64,000 nucleotides of DNA from Acidobacteriota bacterium (GCA_965209055.1 OZ242374.1:512001-576000); one strand, 5' to 3'; counted from the stretch's first letter, positions 36,410 to 47,559 are shown. The notes: generated from the letters alone by a model not told the origin. Program-made: numbers and translations.

Positions 36410-37945
36410 ATGCGCCTGATTGCGGCTTCGTTGCCGCTGTTGCTGCTGCTGGCCGGATTCGGCCCGGCTGCCGCCAAGCCACCCAACATCCTCTTCATCT
36501 TCACCGACGACCACGCCTACCAGGCCGTCGGGGCCTATGGCTCCAAGCTGAACCGGACCCCCAACATCGACCGGATCGCCCGGGAGGGAATGCGGTTCGA
36601 CCGGGCGCTGGTCACCAATTCCATCTGCGCCCCGAGCCGGGCCGTGATCCTCACCGGCAAGTACAGCCACCTCAACGGCGTCCTGAACAACCTCCTGCCG
36701 TTCGACGGCTCGCAGCAGACCTTTCCCAAGCTGCTGCAGGAGGCCGGGTACCAGACGGCCGTCTTCGGCAAATGGCATCTGAAGTCGGCGCCCACCGGCT
36801 TCGACGATTGGGAAGTGCTGCCGGGACAGGGGGCGTACTACAACCCGGACATGCGGGTCGGTCCGGACGACAGGCGCCGCCGGCATACCGGATACACCAC
36901 GGACATCGTCACGGACCTCTCGCTGGAATGGCTCAAGAACCGGAACCCGGGCCAGCCCTTCCTGCTCATGAGCCAACACAAGGCGCCGCACCGCCACTGG
37001 ATGCCCGGACCGGAGCACCTGACCCTCTATGACGGCGAGCAGATGTGGGAACCGCCGACCCTGTTCGACGACTACTCGGGACGGGCATCGCCGGCGGCCG
37101 CCAACCGGATGGAGATCGGACGGCACATGACCGCCCACGACCTGAAGTTCCGGCCTCCCCCGGGAACACCCCGGGACGACCCCTTCATGATCCGCTGGAA
37201 CCGGACCTACGGAAGGATGAACCCGGATCAGAAAGCGGTCTGGGACGCCATCTACCAGCCCAAGAACGAGGCCTTCCAGGCGGCGAACCTGACGGGGAAG
37301 GAACTCGTCCGCTGGAAGTACCAGCGCTACATCAAGGACTACCTGCGCTGCATCGCTTCCGTCGACGACAACGTCGGGCGCCTCCTCCGCTATCTGGACG
37401 CCACCGGCCTGTCCCGGAACACGGTCGTGGTCTACAGCTCCGACCAGGGCTTCTACCTGGGAGAGCACGGCTGGTTCGACAAGCGCTGGATGTACCGGGA
37501 GTCGCTGCGGACCCCGCTGGTGATCCGGTGGCCCGGTGCGGTCGAGCCCGGCTCGACCAGCCGCGAACTGGTCTCGAACCTGGATTACGCCGCCACGTTT
37601 CTCGAGATGGCCGGTATCCGGGTCCCGCCCCGAATGCAGGGCCGCAGCCTGGTGCCCATCCTCAAAGGCGCGCCGCCCCGGAATTGGCGGCGGTCCTTCT
37701 ACTACCACTACTATGAGAGCCAATTGGCTCACGGCGTCCCGGCGCACGAAGGGGTGCGGACCGCACGTTACAAACTGATCCGGTTCTACGAGAGCGGCGA
37801 GTGGGAGTTGTTCGACTTGGAGCGGGACCCGCAGGAGCTGCGGAGCCTGTACGGGAGGGAGGGCACGGAACGGATCACCGCGGAACTGAAGGCTGAGCTC
37901 GAACGCCTGCGCGAAGCGTACGGCGTCTCCGAACCTCCGTTGTGA
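36410..37945 (+). CDS. Secreted formylglycine-dependent (Cys-type) sulfatase
   Basis: [51 protein letters not shown]. Confidence 0.95.
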   Translation: MRLIAASLPLLLLLAGFGPAAAKPPNILFIFTDDHAYQAVGAYGSKLNRTPNIDRIAREGMRFDRALVTNSICAPSRAVILTGKYSHLNGVLNNLLPFDGSQQTFPKLLQEAGYQTAVFGKWHLKSAPTGFDDWEVLPGQGAYYNPDMRVGPDDRRRRHTGYTTDIVTDLSLEWLKNRNPGQPFLLMSQHKAPHRHWMPGPEHLTLYDGEQMWEPPTLFDDYSGRASPAAANRMEIGRHMTAHDLKFRPPPGTPRDDPFMIRWNRTYGRMNPDQKAVWDAIYQPKNEAFQAANLTGKELVRWKYQRYIKDYLRCIASVDDNVGRLLRYLDATGLSRNTVVVYSSDQGFYLGEHGWFDKRWMYRESLRTPLVIRWPGAVEPGSTSRELVSNLDYAATFLEMAGIRVPPRMQGRSLVPILKGAPPRNWRRSFYYHYYESQLAHGVPAHEGVRTARYKLIRFYESGEWELFDLERDPQELRSLYGREGTERITAELKAELERLREAYGVSEPPL

Positions 37946-37960
37946 TGGCGGGGCTGAATG

Positions 37961-39712
37961 TCAGGACCCCGTTCTGACGATGATCTCGCAGCTCTCCAGG
38001 GTGGGCCAGGGCGCGCGACGATGGGTGTGCTCCTCCGGCGTCTTTTTTCCCTCCAGCACCACGAGGACGGTATTGACTCCACCCTTCACCGGCGGGTTCT
38101 CCACCACCAGCCACTCCTCCCCCTTCCGGTTCCGGATCCTGCCGGCGGACGCGAGATCGACCCCTTCCCCGTTGACTTCACAGCGGACGCGCCCCAGCGA
38201 TTTCTCCACGTGGGTCAGACGCAGACGCAACTCGGTCTTCCGGATTCTGCCGTCGGCCCGGCCCGCCGCGATGTCGTCATCCACGCGGATCCGAATGGCA
38301 TGAGCCGGCCCGGCGCCCCGGCCCGCGAGAGACAGTTGCTGGGGTACCTGGGGCGGATAGTCCCCGGGAAAGTTCATGGCGCGGGATTCGGCATAGTAGC
38401 AGCGGTCCAGACGCTCCAAGGCCTTGGCGTCTCCCAGGTCCTTCAGGTCCTGTAGATCGGACGCGGTGAAATGGCCCGGCCTGTCGGTCCCCACCGGCTT
38501 GGCCACCACTTCGGCGGCTTCCGGAACGGGACTCTGGCGATGACTTCGGTAGCCGTAGTTGAAGAGATGGACCCCGGCGGCCCCCTGCTTGTAGCCGTTC
38601 AAGGCCGACGCCCTCAATACCGTGACCGGATTCCGTTCGTACCCCCCCTGGGGCGATGCCGCGTGAGTCGAGGAGTCGAATCCGGTGTAGACGAGGACCC
38701 CGCTCCCCGATGCCGCCGCGACGGCCCGCTCGATGTCGATGCGCTGCACGCAGTAGGAAGGAGAACCCAGGATCACGGCATCCACCAGTCCTTCCCCGAT
38801 CCAGGTTTCGAGATCGAAACCCAGCTCCAGAGCGGCGTCGATGCTGACGGGAACCCGGGCGATGAGCTTGAGCTCCCTTCCTTTTCCCGACTGCTTCCGG
38901 CGGACGATCTCCCGGGCGTTCCGCATGAACCCGGTCAGCGTCGGGATGTTCCGGAACCGCTCCCCGGTTCGAAACAGTAGACCGCCACGGCCGAAATCCA
39001 GCTCCAGTCCATCGAAGTCGTAGCGGGTCAATACCTCCTCGAAAAGGCCCAGAAAGCGGTCTCGCACCTCTTGCTTGGAGTAGTCCCACTGCCAGGAAAA
39101 GTTCCACCGGCCGGCTTGGCCGGGTCCCCACCAGACCGGATGGCCCAGCAGCAGGTCGGTCCTCTCCAGCTTTTGGACGGACCGGCCGTACCACCCCCGG
39201 TCCTCGAGATTGACGTGGGCGTCGTTCATGCGGAAGGAGGCGAACATTCCCAGATTCAGCTCTCGTGCCCGGTCGATATAGATCTTCAGGAGATCGTGGC
39301 CGTCGTCGGCCACCGCGGCCAGGTTCCGGTGCAGGCGCTCCACGTCGGACATGCTCATGCCGCCCACAGAAGCCACGGCGGTGTCGTCGTCCGGGTCCCA
39401 GTCCTCGATGTTGTCGCCCCAGAGCTCGCCGTGCGGGCTCCCGCGCCAGGAGAGATCGTCGTCGATTCCCACCAGGACGGTGACGATGTCCACCGCGGTT
39501 CCCTGGAGCGCATCCAGAATCACGGTCAGGTCCCGGGGGTCGCGGTTGGCCAGGTAGTTGAAGGCCCAGTTGCCGTCGGTGTTGTAGATGATGCGGGGAG
39601 GCCAGTTGGGAGTCGGCTCCGGGGCCGTCTCAGTTTCCCGCGGCACCTGGCAGGCGGCCACGGTCAAGAGCACGGACGACAGGATCAAGAGACACTTGCG
39701 CCAACGATTCAT
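37961..39712 (-). CDS. Glycoside-hydrolase-like TIM-barrel lipoprotein (GHL10-like)
   Basis: Lipobox VAAC; RIIYNTDG, ASFRMNDAH, DYS..EVR, RYDFDGLELDF, GFD.ETW, G.HLFN. Confidence 0.7.
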   Translation of the reverse strand: MNRWRKCLLILSSVLLTVAACQVPRETETAPEPTPNWPPRIIYNTDGNWAFNYLANRDPRDLTVILDALQGTAVDIVTVLVGIDDDLSWRGSPHGELWGDNIEDWDPDDDTAVASVGGMSMSDVERLHRNLAAVADDGHDLLKIYIDRARELNLGMFASFRMNDAHVNLEDRGWYGRSVQKLERTDLLLGHPVWWGPGQAGRWNFSWQWDYSKQEVRDRFLGLFEEVLTRYDFDGLELDFGRGGLLFRTGERFRNIPTLTGFMRNAREIVRRKQSGKGRELKLIARVPVSIDAALELGFDLETWIGEGLVDAVILGSPSYCVQRIDIERAVAAASGSGVLVYTGFDSSTHAASPQGGYERNPVTVLRASALNGYKQGAAGVHLFNYGYRSHRQSPVPEAAEVVAKPVGTDRPGHFTASDLQDLKDLGDAKALERLDRCYYAESRAMNFPGDYPPQVPQQLSLAGRGAGPAHAIRIRVDDDIAAGRADGRIRKTELRLRLTHVEKSLGRVRCEVNGEGVDLASAGRIRNRKGEEWLVVENPPVKGGVNTVLVVLEGKKTPEEHTHRRAPWPTLESCEIIVRTGS

Positions 39713-39749
39713 CTTTGCATCCTCTGCAGGCTGTGCCAGCCCCGGTCCG

Positions 39750-41225
39750 TCACCGGCGCGGCGGACGGCGGCAGTAGAAGCCGTAGACGGTCGCCTGGTC
39801 CAGGTAGAGCTTGAGCCGGACCGTCCCCTTGCGCAGGTGCTGCTTCAGCTCCTCCTGCCCGGTCCAATGAACCGGCAACCGGCTTCCCTTGCCCCGAATC
39901 GGCCGGCAGTCGTCTCGGGAGAAGCCCTCCAGGACCCGCCCCGAGCCGTCCAGCAGCTCGGCCCGGATGGATCCCTCCCCCGCGTCGGCATTGAGGAAAA
40001 ACCGGCTGCGGCTGTCCCGAATCCGAAGCGGGTGGGTGAGAAGACTCCCTTGGGACGCCGCTTTCCGTCCCACGAAGGCGCCGCGGCCCAGGAAGGCCAC
40101 GCCGATGCCCCGCTCTCCCGTGCCGTCGTGGGCGGGCCTGGTGCTCCCCTGGTAGAAGAGGGCGGTCTCGCCTCCGATGGACGCATCGGCGGGAATGGGC
40201 ATGACGTGCCCGCCGTCCCACTCCCCCTCTTGCGAAGTCCCCAGGAAGGGCCGGCGGAAACGATGCCATTCGATGCCGTCCCGGCTCGTCCCCAACTCTC
40301 CGTACATGGCGTGGGTGACCTCGTCGAACCCGGCGGTGAGCATGAAGTAGGCGTTGCGAGCCCCCGCGTACTTGAAGATCCCCGGAGTGTAGAGATGCCA
40401 GGTGGGGGGATCCTGCTCGTCCGGAGTGTGGATGGTCACCGGCCTTGACCAGTGGTACCCGTCGGGACTGGTGGCCCGGGATATCGAGCGCCGGCTGCCC
40501 ACGTGACTGCGGAAATAGCCCACGTAGGCTCCGGCGATATCGTCCCAGAAGAAGATGTTCCGGGTATCGAAGGGACCCAGCCGGTTGCCGAATTCGGGAA
40601 TCGTCCAATGGATTCCGTCGGGGGAATGGGCCATGGCGGCGCCGCGTCCCCGGAAGTCCCATCGCTGCAGCATCATCTTGTAGCGGCGCGACGGATCGGA
40701 GGCGGCATAGTCCTTCTCCACCCAGTAGGACGGCGTCCCCCGAATCCCTTCGTGCTCGTAGAAGAGGATGTTGTTCCGGGTGGAGCCGTCGTGCTCCACG
40801 ATCCCCAGTTCCGGTTTTTCCCAGACCAGCCCGTCGGGAGACGTGGCGTAGAGGCACCAGCTCTCGTTCCCTCCGCCCCCCGCCTTGGGCCGGATGATCT
40901 GGTACCACATCTTGAAGAGACCCTCTTCCCGGTCCTGGAGCACACAGGTGTAGTTGAGGATTCCCACTTCCCAGGGGCGGTCCTTGACCAGGATCGGATT
41001 CCCGGGATGTCTCCTCACCGTTGCCGGGGCCAGCACCAGGCCCTGACTCCGGTCCACGATCGTGTCGTCGTGAAGGAACAGCTCTTCCAGGTTGTACTCC
41101 GGCCCGACGTGGACGACGCGGCCCCCCTCTCCCGGAGGTTCGGCATGAAGTCCGGCAGAGAACGGCAGGACCGCCTGGACGATCCACAACAGCAAAACGA
41201 TCCGGATTCGAGAAGGTGTGCGCAT
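39750..41225 (-). CDS. Secreted five-bladed propeller glycosidase-like protein (GH32/43/130 clan-like)
   Basis: Signal peptide; HPGNPIL...PWE, KMWY, YATS.DG..W.KP.LG, S.DGI.W repeats, C-terminal LNADA..G.I..E beta-sandwich. Confidence 0.7.
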   Translation of the reverse strand: MRTPSRIRIVLLLWIVQAVLPFSAGLHAEPPGEGGRVVHVGPEYNLEELFLHDDTIVDRSQGLVLAPATVRRHPGNPILVKDRPWEVGILNYTCVLQDREEGLFKMWYQIIRPKAGGGGNESWCLYATSPDGLVWEKPELGIVEHDGSTRNNILFYEHEGIRGTPSYWVEKDYAASDPSRRYKMMLQRWDFRGRGAAMAHSPDGIHWTIPEFGNRLGPFDTRNIFFWDDIAGAYVGYFRSHVGSRRSISRATSPDGYHWSRPVTIHTPDEQDPPTWHLYTPGIFKYAGARNAYFMLTAGFDEVTHAMYGELGTSRDGIEWHRFRRPFLGTSQEGEWDGGHVMPIPADASIGGETALFYQGSTRPAHDGTGERGIGVAFLGRGAFVGRKAASQGSLLTHPLRIRDSRSRFFLNADAGEGSIRAELLDGSGRVLEGFSRDDCRPIRGKGSRLPVHWTGQEELKQHLRKGTVRLKLYLDQATVYGFYCRRPPRR

Positions 41226-41312
41226 GGATGAGGCCTCCCAATGGGTCGGGGTCGAATCGACGCCGACCTTGCGGCATTTGGAAATCCGAGTCAAGTTTCT
41301 TCATCAGGTAGA

Positions 41313-42065
41313 ATGGCCGCACCCATGAGTGGCTTCGCAGTGCTTCTTTACGGGGCCACGTCCTACGGCGTCGCCCTCGCCACCGTTCTCTATACCGCCG
41401 GGTTCGTGGGCAACCTGATGGTCCCCAAGAGCATCGACTCCGGGACCCCGTATCCCCTGTCGGATGCGATTCCGGTGAATGCCGGCCTGCTGGGACTTTT
41501 CGCCCTCCAGCACAGCGTCATGGCCCGGCCCGGGTTCAAGGCCGTCTGGACCCGGATCGTGCCCGAGCCGTTGGAGCGGAGCACTTACGTCCTCCTGACC
41601 AGCGGCGTCCTGGCAGTCATGTTCTGGCAATGGCGGCCCGTGCCCGAACCGGTCTGGCAGGTGGAACATGGAGCCGGAGTCCTGTTTTTGTCCGCACTCT
41701 CATGGCTGGGTTGGGGGATCGTAGCCCTGTCGGCGGCCATGATCGGCCATCTCGACCTGTTCGGCCTGCGCCAAGCCTATTTCCGGTTCAAGCGGCGGGA
41801 AATCCCGCCCGACCGCTTTCGAACGCCGGGTTTCTACCGGCTCGTGCGCCATCCGCTCATGCTGGGACTCATCGTCGCCTTCTGGGCCACTCCCGTGATG
41901 AGCGCCGGACACCTGATGTTCGCCGCGGCCGCCACCGGCTACATCCTCCTGGCCCTTCCCCTGGAGGAGCGCGACCTCATGACGCGGCACGGCGACGACT
42001 ACCGCCGGTACCGGAAGAGGGTCCCGATGCTGGTGCCCACCCGAATTCTCAAAGACCAGGAGTAA
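41313..42065 (+). CDS. mddA: Methanethiol S-methyltransferase-like membrane methyltransferase
   Basis: LFALQHSVMARP.FK, ERSTYVL, DLFGLRQ, F.TP..YR.VRHP.MLG...AFWATP.M, EERDL, Y..YR..VPML.P. Confidence 0.75.
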   Translation: MAAPMSGFAVLLYGATSYGVALATVLYTAGFVGNLMVPKSIDSGTPYPLSDAIPVNAGLLGLFALQHSVMARPGFKAVWTRIVPEPLERSTYVLLTSGVLAVMFWQWRPVPEPVWQVEHGAGVLFLSALSWLGWGIVALSAAMIGHLDLFGLRQAYFRFKRREIPPDRFRTPGFYRLVRHPLMLGLIVAFWATPVMSAGHLMFAAAATGYILLALPLEERDLMTRHGDDYRRYRKRVPMLVPTRILKDQE

Positions 42066-42069
42066 AACG

Positions 42070-43122
42070 ATGCCCGATATCAGGATCGATCTGTACAGCG
42101 ACACCTTGAGCATGCCCACTCCGGAGATGCGGCGTTTCGCCTGTTTTGCCCCGGTGGGGGACGAGCAGAAGGGAGAGGACCCCTCGGTCAACGAGCTGCA
42201 GGAGATGGTGGCGGAGATGCTGGGTAAGGAGGACGCGGTCTTCCTGCCTTCCGGGACCATGTGCAACCAGATCGGCCTGGCGGTCCATTGCCGGCCGGGA
42301 GACGTGATCCTGCTGGACCGGACCGCCCATCCCCTCATCGCCGAATCGGGAGGGACGGCGATCCTGGCGGCGTCCACGGCTTACCCCATCGACGGTCCCG
42401 ACGGAATGTTCACGCCGGAGCAAGTCAGAAACCTCATGTATCCGCCCAGCCGGTACCGCCCCACCATGCGCGTCGTCTCCATCGAGCAGACGGTCAATGC
42501 TCCTGGCGGGCGCATCTGGCCCTTGGAACAGTTGCGGGAAGTCTGTGGAGTCGCTCACGAATGGGGATTGGGGACCCACATGGACGGCGCCCGGCTCTTC
42601 AACGCCTCGGTGGCCAGCGGGATCGGCGTCGCCGACTACGCCGCTACCCTGGACTCCGTCTGGATCGACCTGAGCAAGGGTCTCGGCGCTCCGGTGGGAG
42701 CCGTCCTGGCCGGAAGCCGGGAGTTCATCGAAGAGGCCTGGCAGTGGAAACAACGCATCGGCGGGGCGATGCGCCAGGCCGGGATCATCGCGGCGGCGGG
42801 GACCCACGCGCTGCGGCACCACATCTCCCGCCTGGCCGAGGACCATGAGAATGCCGGCCGATTGGCCCGCCACATCGCCGGGATCCCGGGTCTGGACATC
42901 GACCTGGACGCGGTCGAGACCAACATCGTGCGGTTCGACGCTGCCCGTCTCGGCATCTCGTGTCCCGAGTTCGCCCGGCGCCTGGAAGAGGAAGAGGGCG
43001 TTCGGGTCAGCACGCCCGGGCCCTTTCTGAGAGCCGTCACCTATATCGGCATCAGCGAGGCGGACGTGGACGAGGCCGCCGCCGCCATGCGCAGGCTGGC
43101 CATGAGAATTCGGAGCGGATGA
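42070..43122 (+). CDS. ltaE: Low-specificity L-threonine aldolase (PLP beta-eliminating lyase family)
   Basis: DL.SDT...PT..M, VGD....EDP.V, PSGTM.NQ, H.DGARLFNA, SKGLGAPVG, GG.MRQAG. Confidence 0.85.
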   Translation: MPDIRIDLYSDTLSMPTPEMRRFACFAPVGDEQKGEDPSVNELQEMVAEMLGKEDAVFLPSGTMCNQIGLAVHCRPGDVILLDRTAHPLIAESGGTAILAASTAYPIDGPDGMFTPEQVRNLMYPPSRYRPTMRVVSIEQTVNAPGGRIWPLEQLREVCGVAHEWGLGTHMDGARLFNASVASGIGVADYAATLDSVWIDLSKGLGAPVGAVLAGSREFIEEAWQWKQRIGGAMRQAGIIAAAGTHALRHHISRLAEDHENAGRLARHIAGIPGLDIDLDAVETNIVRFDAARLGISCPEFARRLEEEEGVRVSTPGPFLRAVTYIGISEADVDEAAAAMRRLAMRIRSG

Positions 43123-43137
43123 GTCATTCGAGAGGAA

Positions 43138-46100
43138 TCAACCCGTCGCGCGTGACGGCTGGCCCAGGGCCAGGTCCGGCCTTTCCTGGCGCCGGCGGCT
43201 CCACACCCGCTCGAGGACGAGAAAGAGGGTGGGGATCAGAAAGAGGGTCATGAAGGTGGAGGAGATCAGGCCGCCGATGAGGACCCGGGCCATGGGGACC
43301 TGAAGCTCGGCGCCCTCTCCGATTCCGATGGCCATGGGAGTGAGTCCCAGGACCGTGGTCAGAGTGGTCATCAGTATGGGCCGCAGACGCCGGCGGCCTC
43401 CCGTCAACAGGGCGTCCATCAGCGGCAGACCGTGTTGGCGATGAAGCTGCAGGACGTAGTCGACCAGGACGATGGCGTTGTTCACCACGATTCCCACCAG
43501 CATGATCAAGCCGATGAAGCCCTGGAGATTGAAGTTGGTCTGGGTCAGAAACAACGCCAGGATCACTCCGATGAAGGCGAGCGGGATGGAGAACATGATC
43601 AGAAACGGGTACTTGAACGACTCGAACTGCGCCGCCATCACCAGATAGACGAGAATCACCGCCAGCAGGAAGCTGATCTGCAACAGGAACCGGGCCTCCT
43701 CCTGCTCCTCCCATTCGCCCGAGAAGACCAGAGCGATGTCCGGAGACGTCGCCAATGGCCTCACCGCTACTTCCAACTCGCGGACCACCGATCCCATGTC
43801 GCGGGTTCCCGAGAGGTTGCCCGAGACCGAGACGATTCTCTGCTGATCCTTCCGGGAGATGGAATTCGGGCCTTCACTCCGGTTCAAATCCACCAGGGAG
43901 CGCAGCGGCACCACCGAACCCGCCGGAGTCTGGATCGGAATGGCCATGACGTCCTCGCTGCTCAGCCGATCCTCTTCCCGGTAACGCACCAGAATCTCGT
44001 ACTCGTCCCCGCCCTCCCGGAAGTAGCTGGCCACGGTGCCCCCGATGCTGGCGCGTACGGTGGTGGCGACGTTGGAGACGGTGAGGCCCATGGTGGCCGC
44101 CTTGGCCCGATCGATCCGGATGTGACTTTCGGGCCGGCCCGGGCTCCTGCTGATGGCGGCGTCGGAAACTCCCTCCAGCGACTCCATGATCCGCTTGATC
44201 TGCACGGCCAAGTTGAAACATTCGTTCATGTCGTGCCCGCGAATGTCGATGGAGAGGCGATCGCCTTCACTCTCGGTGGCCCAGCGCATGGCATAGTTGC
44301 CGCCGCTGGTGCGGACCCGGGGGACCACTCCCGGGAAGTCGGCGAACAACGGACGCAGGGCGTCGGCGATCTGCTGGCTGCTCCGCTCCCGCTGGGCCAG
44401 CGGGACCAGATAGACTCGAAGAGTCACCGTATTGGTGTTGGCCGTTCGCCAACCGCCCCGGGAACCGACCTCCACCAGCAGGTTGTCGAGTTCCGGAACC
44501 CGCTCCCGCACCAATCTCTCCGCCCGGTTCGCCAACTGGTCCGTCACCTCCAGCCGGGTCCCTTCGGCCAGCTCCAGCCGGACCCGCACCTGACCCTCGT
44601 CCGCCTCCGGCTGCAGTTCCAGGCCGATGAAGGGCACCAGCAAAAACCCGCCCACCACCACCAAGGCGCTGGTGGAAACGATCAGCGCCGGATGCCGCAG
44701 GGACCAGCGGAGGACACCCGAATAGCTCCGGTCCAATCCTTCCATCCACTGTGCGCCCTTTCGGGATAGAGCCTGGATCCAGCCGGCTCGATCAGGCTCT
44801 CTGACGCGGATGAAGCGGCTGGAGAGGAAGGGGACCAGAGTGAGCGACACCAACAGCGAACTGAACAGCGAGAAGGAGACCACCCAGGCCAGTTGCTGGA
44901 ACATGAGACCGGACATGCCGCTCATGAAAACGACCGGCAGGAATACGGCAATGGTGGTGAGGGTCGACGCAGTGATGGCGAGAGCCACCTCCTTGGTGGC
45001 GTTGCGGGCCGCCGCCTTCTTCTCCTCACCGTCCTGCCGGTGCCGGAAGATGTTCTCCAGCACGACGATGGCGTTGTCCACCAGCACTCCGACCCCCAGC
45101 GCCAGTCCGCCGAAGGTGATCACGTTCAACGTGAACCCGCTGAAATACATGAGGCCGAATGCGGCCAACACCGAAATGGGAATGGAGATGGCCACCACGA
45201 GCACGCTGCGAAAGTTGCGCAGGAACACCACCAGAATGAAGACGGCGAGGAGCGAACCAAAGAAAGCGGCGTTCCGAACATTGCCCACCGCCCGCGTGAT
45301 GAACTTGGAGGTGTCGTAGAGGGAGTAGACACGGACCTGCGGAAAGTCCCGGTTGATCCTCTCGATGGCCCGGTCCACCGACCGCGCCACCAGCACCGTG
45401 TTGGCTCCCGACTGCTTGCGGACGCCCATCCTGATGCCGGGGACGCCGTTGACCCGCACCAGGTGCCGGATTTCCTGATGGCTGTCCTCGACCGTGGCGA
45501 TGTCCTCGATATAAATCGGGGTGCCTTGCCGGATGGTCACCATGGTTCGACGGATTTCGTCCATCGAGGCGTACTCGCCCTCGGTTCGCATCAGCACTTC
45601 GAACGTGTCCTCAATGACGTGTCCGGCAGGCTCGTTCAGGTTCTCGCGGCGCAGTGCCGCCATGACCTGGGCCGGGCTGATGCGGAGGGTATGCATCTTG
45701 GCCCGGTCCATCACCACGTGGATCTCACGCTCCAAGCCTCCCCAGATATCGGCCTGGGCCACACCCGGAATCCTCTCGAACCGGTATTGGATCTGCTTCT
45801 CCGCGAATTCGCGCAACTCCCTGGGGGGCATCTCGCTGGAGATTCCCAGAAACATAATGGGGAAGATGCTCAGATCGTACTTGTACAAGGTCGGCGGATC
45901 CGCATCTTCGGGCAACTGTCCGCGAATCCGGTCGATCCGGGCGCGGAGTTCTTCAGCGCCCGCATCCAGGTTCACTCCCCACTCGAAAGAGACCCGCACG
46001 CGGCTGGTCCCCTCGGAGGACCGCGAAGTCATTTCCTTGATGCCGGGAGTGGAAGCCAGGGCCCGTTCCAGAGGAATGGTGATCAGTTCCTCGATCTCCC

Positions 46101-46269
46101 GGGGCCCCACGCCCTGATAGGTGGTGGTCACGCTGATGGTGGGAAAAGAGACGTCCGGCATCAAGTCGACCGGGAGGTTGAGAAAGGAGATCCCGCCCAT
46201 GAGGGCAACGATGAGGAAGACGACGACGATGAAGACGGGGCGACGGATCGCCAGATCGGGAAGACTCAT
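43138..46269 (-). CDS. RND efflux permease (AcrB/AcrD/AcrF family)
   Basis: LAIRRPV, GVLVDNAIVVLENI, GIVVNNAIVLVD, RLRPILMT.LTT; 1043 aa. Confidence 0.95.
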   Translation of the reverse strand: MSLPDLAIRRPVFIVVVFLIVALMGGISFLNLPVDLMPDVSFPTISVTTTYQGVGPREIEELITIPLERALASTPGIKEMTSRSSEGTSRVRVSFEWGVNLDAGAEELRARIDRIRGQLPEDADPPTLYKYDLSIFPIMFLGISSEMPPRELREFAEKQIQYRFERIPGVAQADIWGGLEREIHVVMDRAKMHTLRISPAQVMAALRRENLNEPAGHVIEDTFEVLMRTEGEYASMDEIRRTMVTIRQGTPIYIEDIATVEDSHQEIRHLVRVNGVPGIRMGVRKQSGANTVLVARSVDRAIERINRDFPQVRVYSLYDTSKFITRAVGNVRNAAFFGSLLAVFILVVFLRNFRSVLVVAISIPISVLAAFGLMYFSGFTLNVITFGGLALGVGVLVDNAIVVLENIFRHRQDGEEKKAAARNATKEVALAITASTLTTIAVFLPVVFMSGMSGLMFQQLAWVVSFSLFSSLLVSLTLVPFLSSRFIRVREPDRAGWIQALSRKGAQWMEGLDRSYSGVLRWSLRHPALIVSTSALVVVGGFLLVPFIGLELQPEADEGQVRVRLELAEGTRLEVTDQLANRAERLVRERVPELDNLLVEVGSRGGWRTANTNTVTLRVYLVPLAQRERSSQQIADALRPLFADFPGVVPRVRTSGGNYAMRWATESEGDRLSIDIRGHDMNECFNLAVQIKRIMESLEGVSDAAISRSPGRPESHIRIDRAKAATMGLTVSNVATTVRASIGGTVASYFREGGDEYEILVRYREEDRLSSEDVMAIPIQTPAGSVVPLRSLVDLNRSEGPNSISRKDQQRIVSVSGNLSGTRDMGSVVRELEVAVRPLATSPDIALVFSGEWEEQEEARFLLQISFLLAVILVYLVMAAQFESFKYPFLIMFSIPLAFIGVILALFLTQTNFNLQGFIGLIMLVGIVVNNAIVLVDYVLQLHRQHGLPLMDALLTGGRRRLRPILMTTLTTVLGLTPMAIGIGEGAELQVPMARVLIGGLISSTFMTLFLIPTLFLVLERVWSRRRQERPDLALGQPSRATG

Positions 46270-47399
46270 TCGGACCTCACCGCATCCCCTTCGTTCAAGT
46301 TCTGGGCTCCGGAGGCGACCACCTCGGATCCATCCTCCAAGCCGGCCAGAACTTCGACCACGTCGCCCTCGATGCGACCGATCTCGATATCACGGAACAC
46401 CGTGGTCCGTTCCTTGGTCAGAAAATAGACACCGTGCCGCTCGCCGCGGGTCAGCAACGCCGAACGGGGGATGCTGAGCGCCGTCTCGGAGATTCTGGCG
46501 TCGATCCTCACGTGGGCGAACATCCCCGGTTTCAGCATCCCGTCGCGGTTCACGATCTCGATCTCGACGTCGGCGCTCCGCGTCTCCGGATTGAGGAAGG
46601 GACTGATCCGGGTGACGGTTCCCTGGTACACCCGGTCGGGATAGACGTCCACCACGACCCGGGCCGGAAGACCCACCCGGATGCTGCTGATTCCGCTTTC
46701 CGAGACCGGGACCACGGTCTTGACCCGCTCCAGTTCCAGCACCGAGACGATAGTCACGCTGGGGTTCACCAGCGCGCCCGGCTCCAGGTGACGGACTCCG
46801 ACGAAGCCGTCCAGCGGTGAGTAGATCCGGGTCTGGCCGTGCTGAATCTTGTACTCGCTGAGCGAGGCCTCCGCCTGCCTGACCTGCGCCCGAACCAGAT
46901 CCAACTGCGCCTGCGACACCCGCATCCGGTTGACCAGATCCTCCAGGTCCTGATTCGAGATGAGATTTTCTTCGTGGAGCTCACGGTACCGCGCGACCTG
47001 GACCTTCAGGTTCTCGTTGGTGGCCTCCTCCCGGCTCACCGCGGCGGTGGCCACGGCCACGGCGGCCTCGGCCCGGTGAATCTGCTGCAGGAGATCCACG
47101 TCGTCGACCACCGCCAGCAGTTGTCCCTTGCTGACCGGATCCCCCCGGTCGGCCAGAACCTGCTGGAGGCGTCCGCTGATCCGGGACATGACCTCGACCA
47201 CCGCTTGGGGCCTCAACTCGCCCAGGAGGTCCAGATTGGTCTCAAACGCGTGAGGCCGTACGGTAGCGGTCTCGACCAGAAGCGCCGGTCCCCGTTGCGG
47301 CGCGTCCATGGACTCCACCGCCAACTCGCGATAGAGGCGCAGTCCCACCCACGCCAACAGGGCACCCAGAATCAGGACGACGAAAAGGCGCTTCAACAA
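46266..47399 (-). CDS. RND periplasmic adaptor (membrane fusion protein)
   Basis: N-terminal TM; G..V.KGQLL, I.SP.DG.V, LKPGMF, GL..G..VV..G. Overlaps the permease start. Confidence 0.95.
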   Translation of the reverse strand: MLKRLFVVLILGALLAWVGLRLYRELAVESMDAPQRGPALLVETATVRPHAFETNLDLLGELRPQAVVEVMSRISGRLQQVLADRGDPVSKGQLLAVVDDVDLLQQIHRAEAAVAVATAAVSREEATNENLKVQVARYRELHEENLISNQDLEDLVNRMRVSQAQLDLVRAQVRQAEASLSEYKIQHGQTRIYSPLDGFVGVRHLEPGALVNPSVTIVSVLELERVKTVVPVSESGISSIRVGLPARVVVDVYPDRVYQGTVTRISPFLNPETRSADVEIEIVNRDGMLKPGMFAHVRIDARISETALSIPRSALLTRGERHGVYFLTKERTTVFRDIEIGRIEGDVVEVLAGLEDGSEVVASGAQNLNEGDAVRSE

Positions 47400-47559
47400 G
47401 TCCGCTCTCCCGGAATCAGACCAGTGTAGTCCTTTCCTGATTCAAGATCAGCCAGGAATTCTTCCGGCGTCAGCCTGTGACCGAGCAATCCTCCTGTGAT
47501 TGGTGCCGGGATTTTGCCGATGCTATTTTGATAGGGATCTTCGGAACCGGACTCATCCA

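Noticed and set aside
34515-36482. 655-aa ORF suggesting a PadR-permease fusion
   Set aside because: PadR is in another frame with its own stop at 35897; the permease-prefix protein has its own ATG at 35891.
43138-47399. RND pump lacking an adjacent TolC-like gene as a novelty
   Set aside because: Sharing an outer-membrane factor encoded elsewhere is common.
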